Shown here piece after piece: positions 62,961 through 64,000 of a stretch of DNA of 64,000 bases. Both the position numbers and the translations under genes were made by a program. Below the pieces are notes generated by a model. The model was not told where the DNA came from. It did no database searches and saw only the letters and a program-made list of their open reading frames with translations. The DNA comes from Octopus bimaculoides (Eukaryota), in NCBI RefSeq assembly GCF_001194135.2, contig NC_068984.1:1766782-1830781 (forward strand). The letters are read 5' to 3'. Position 1 is the first letter of the stretch. Every line of letters begins with the position of its first letter.

Positions 62961-63568
62961 TGTTTGTAGAAATTGTGTGTAGAATTTGTCTCACACAACC
63001 CAATAAAAAATATATATCAAATGTGCTTAGTTCAATGTCTTGATTTTCATTTTATGTAATTCTTTCATCTAAAACTGGTCAGTTTGGTCGGAACTTCTTT
63101 TACTCTGTCCTCACAGAGTTGCAGGAAGAGATTAGACAATGTAAATGACACAAGATTTCTGTATCTAAAATAATTTATAACTCAATAATAACAATTTCTT
63201 TGTGTAGTAAATATTGAAAAAAAAAAAAACCTCATTAAGCATATAATTAAGAAAATCATTAGAAAGAGGAGGTACATGTTTCACTTATTTATTATTCAAC
63301 AGTTATGGCGACAACAATGGTGTGGTCACAAGTGCTGAAAATGGAAATCTATGTTAAAAACTATCATGTTTCTATTAACATAAATTTCACCATTATTTGT
63401 TTTGTAGTAGTAGCAGTAGTAACATCTTTATTTAAATAACAATGTTGTCTTTAATGTTTTAAAAACAATACTGATAAAACAGTCAGCAGCTGAAAGCCTT
63501 TCCTATCATTAACTTGGAGAAATTCTTTCTGTATTTCAGAACGCAAACTTCATCCGAAACGAAACAAA

Positions 63569-63977
63569 ATGGATGTGAAATACACCCAAGAAACCACACA
63601 GGTTTACTACTTTAAATACATGAGAGAATACCGAGCTGTGGCAGTTCTTTGGGGGATTCTGACTATAATCTGGTGCATCCTTACTGTTGTGGCTTTTGTC
63701 CAGCCACAATGGATTGGAGATACTGAGACTAGTCCAGGCTACGGTCATTTCGGAGTTTATGCCCATTGCTACCCAACCAGTACAACATGGAGGTATGGCT
63801 GTAAAGGGTCTTTCACTAATTTTGCTTCAATTCCAAATGGAGCATTCAAAGCAGTCACATTATTTGTCGGAATAGCTGCTCTGCTCAGTTTGATTTGTGT
63901 AGCAGCGCTTCTGCTCTTCTTTTGTTTCAAAAAAGTTATTGTGTTCAACCTCTGTGGAATCATGGAAATTATTTCAG
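63569..63977 (+). CDS. LHFPL: LHFPL tetraspan family member (LHFPL3/4/5, Tmhs-like), first coding exon; the gene continues beyond the window
   Basis: MDVKYTQE...YMREYRAVAVLWGILTIIWCILTVVAFVQPQWIGDT..PGYGHFGVYAHC...C.G.F.NF.SIP..AFK. Upstream acceptor ttctgtatttcag (63538-63539); phase-1 donor TCAG|gtaaga at 63977. Confidence 0.93.
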
Positions 63978-64000
63978 GTAAGACAGAAGTTTACTTCTAG

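Noticed and set aside
1-64000. CRISPR arrays, rRNA genes or prokaryotic operons
   Set aside because: None seen; spliceosomal introns and SINE/LINE content show this is animal nuclear DNA.

Overview
AT-rich, microsatellite- and TE-dense animal genomic DNA with about a dozen N-gaps. It is most likely a coleoid cephalopod (octopus), judged from the repeat families; that is an inference. Two host genes are supported. ORC5 is complete on the minus strand: 14 exons, 54940->25316, all GT-AG, 1341 nt = 446 aa + stop. An LHFPL3/4/5 (Tmhs)-family gene has its first coding exon on the plus strand (63569-63977) and lies head-to-head with ORC5, the arrangement I recall for human ORC5-LHFPL3. The remainder is repeats: RTE, CR1-like, CRE, HERO-like and R4-like retrotransposon fragments, a mariner, several Penelope-like element (PLE) remnants, two tRNA-derived SINE families, MITE-like inverted repeats and simple repeats. 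Seven minimal hammerhead-ribozyme-like motifs of several designs were found by eye, four next to recognisable PLE coding remnants. All four that lie inside ORC5 are antisense to its pre-mRNA. Coordinates were counted by hand and TE boundaries are approximate.
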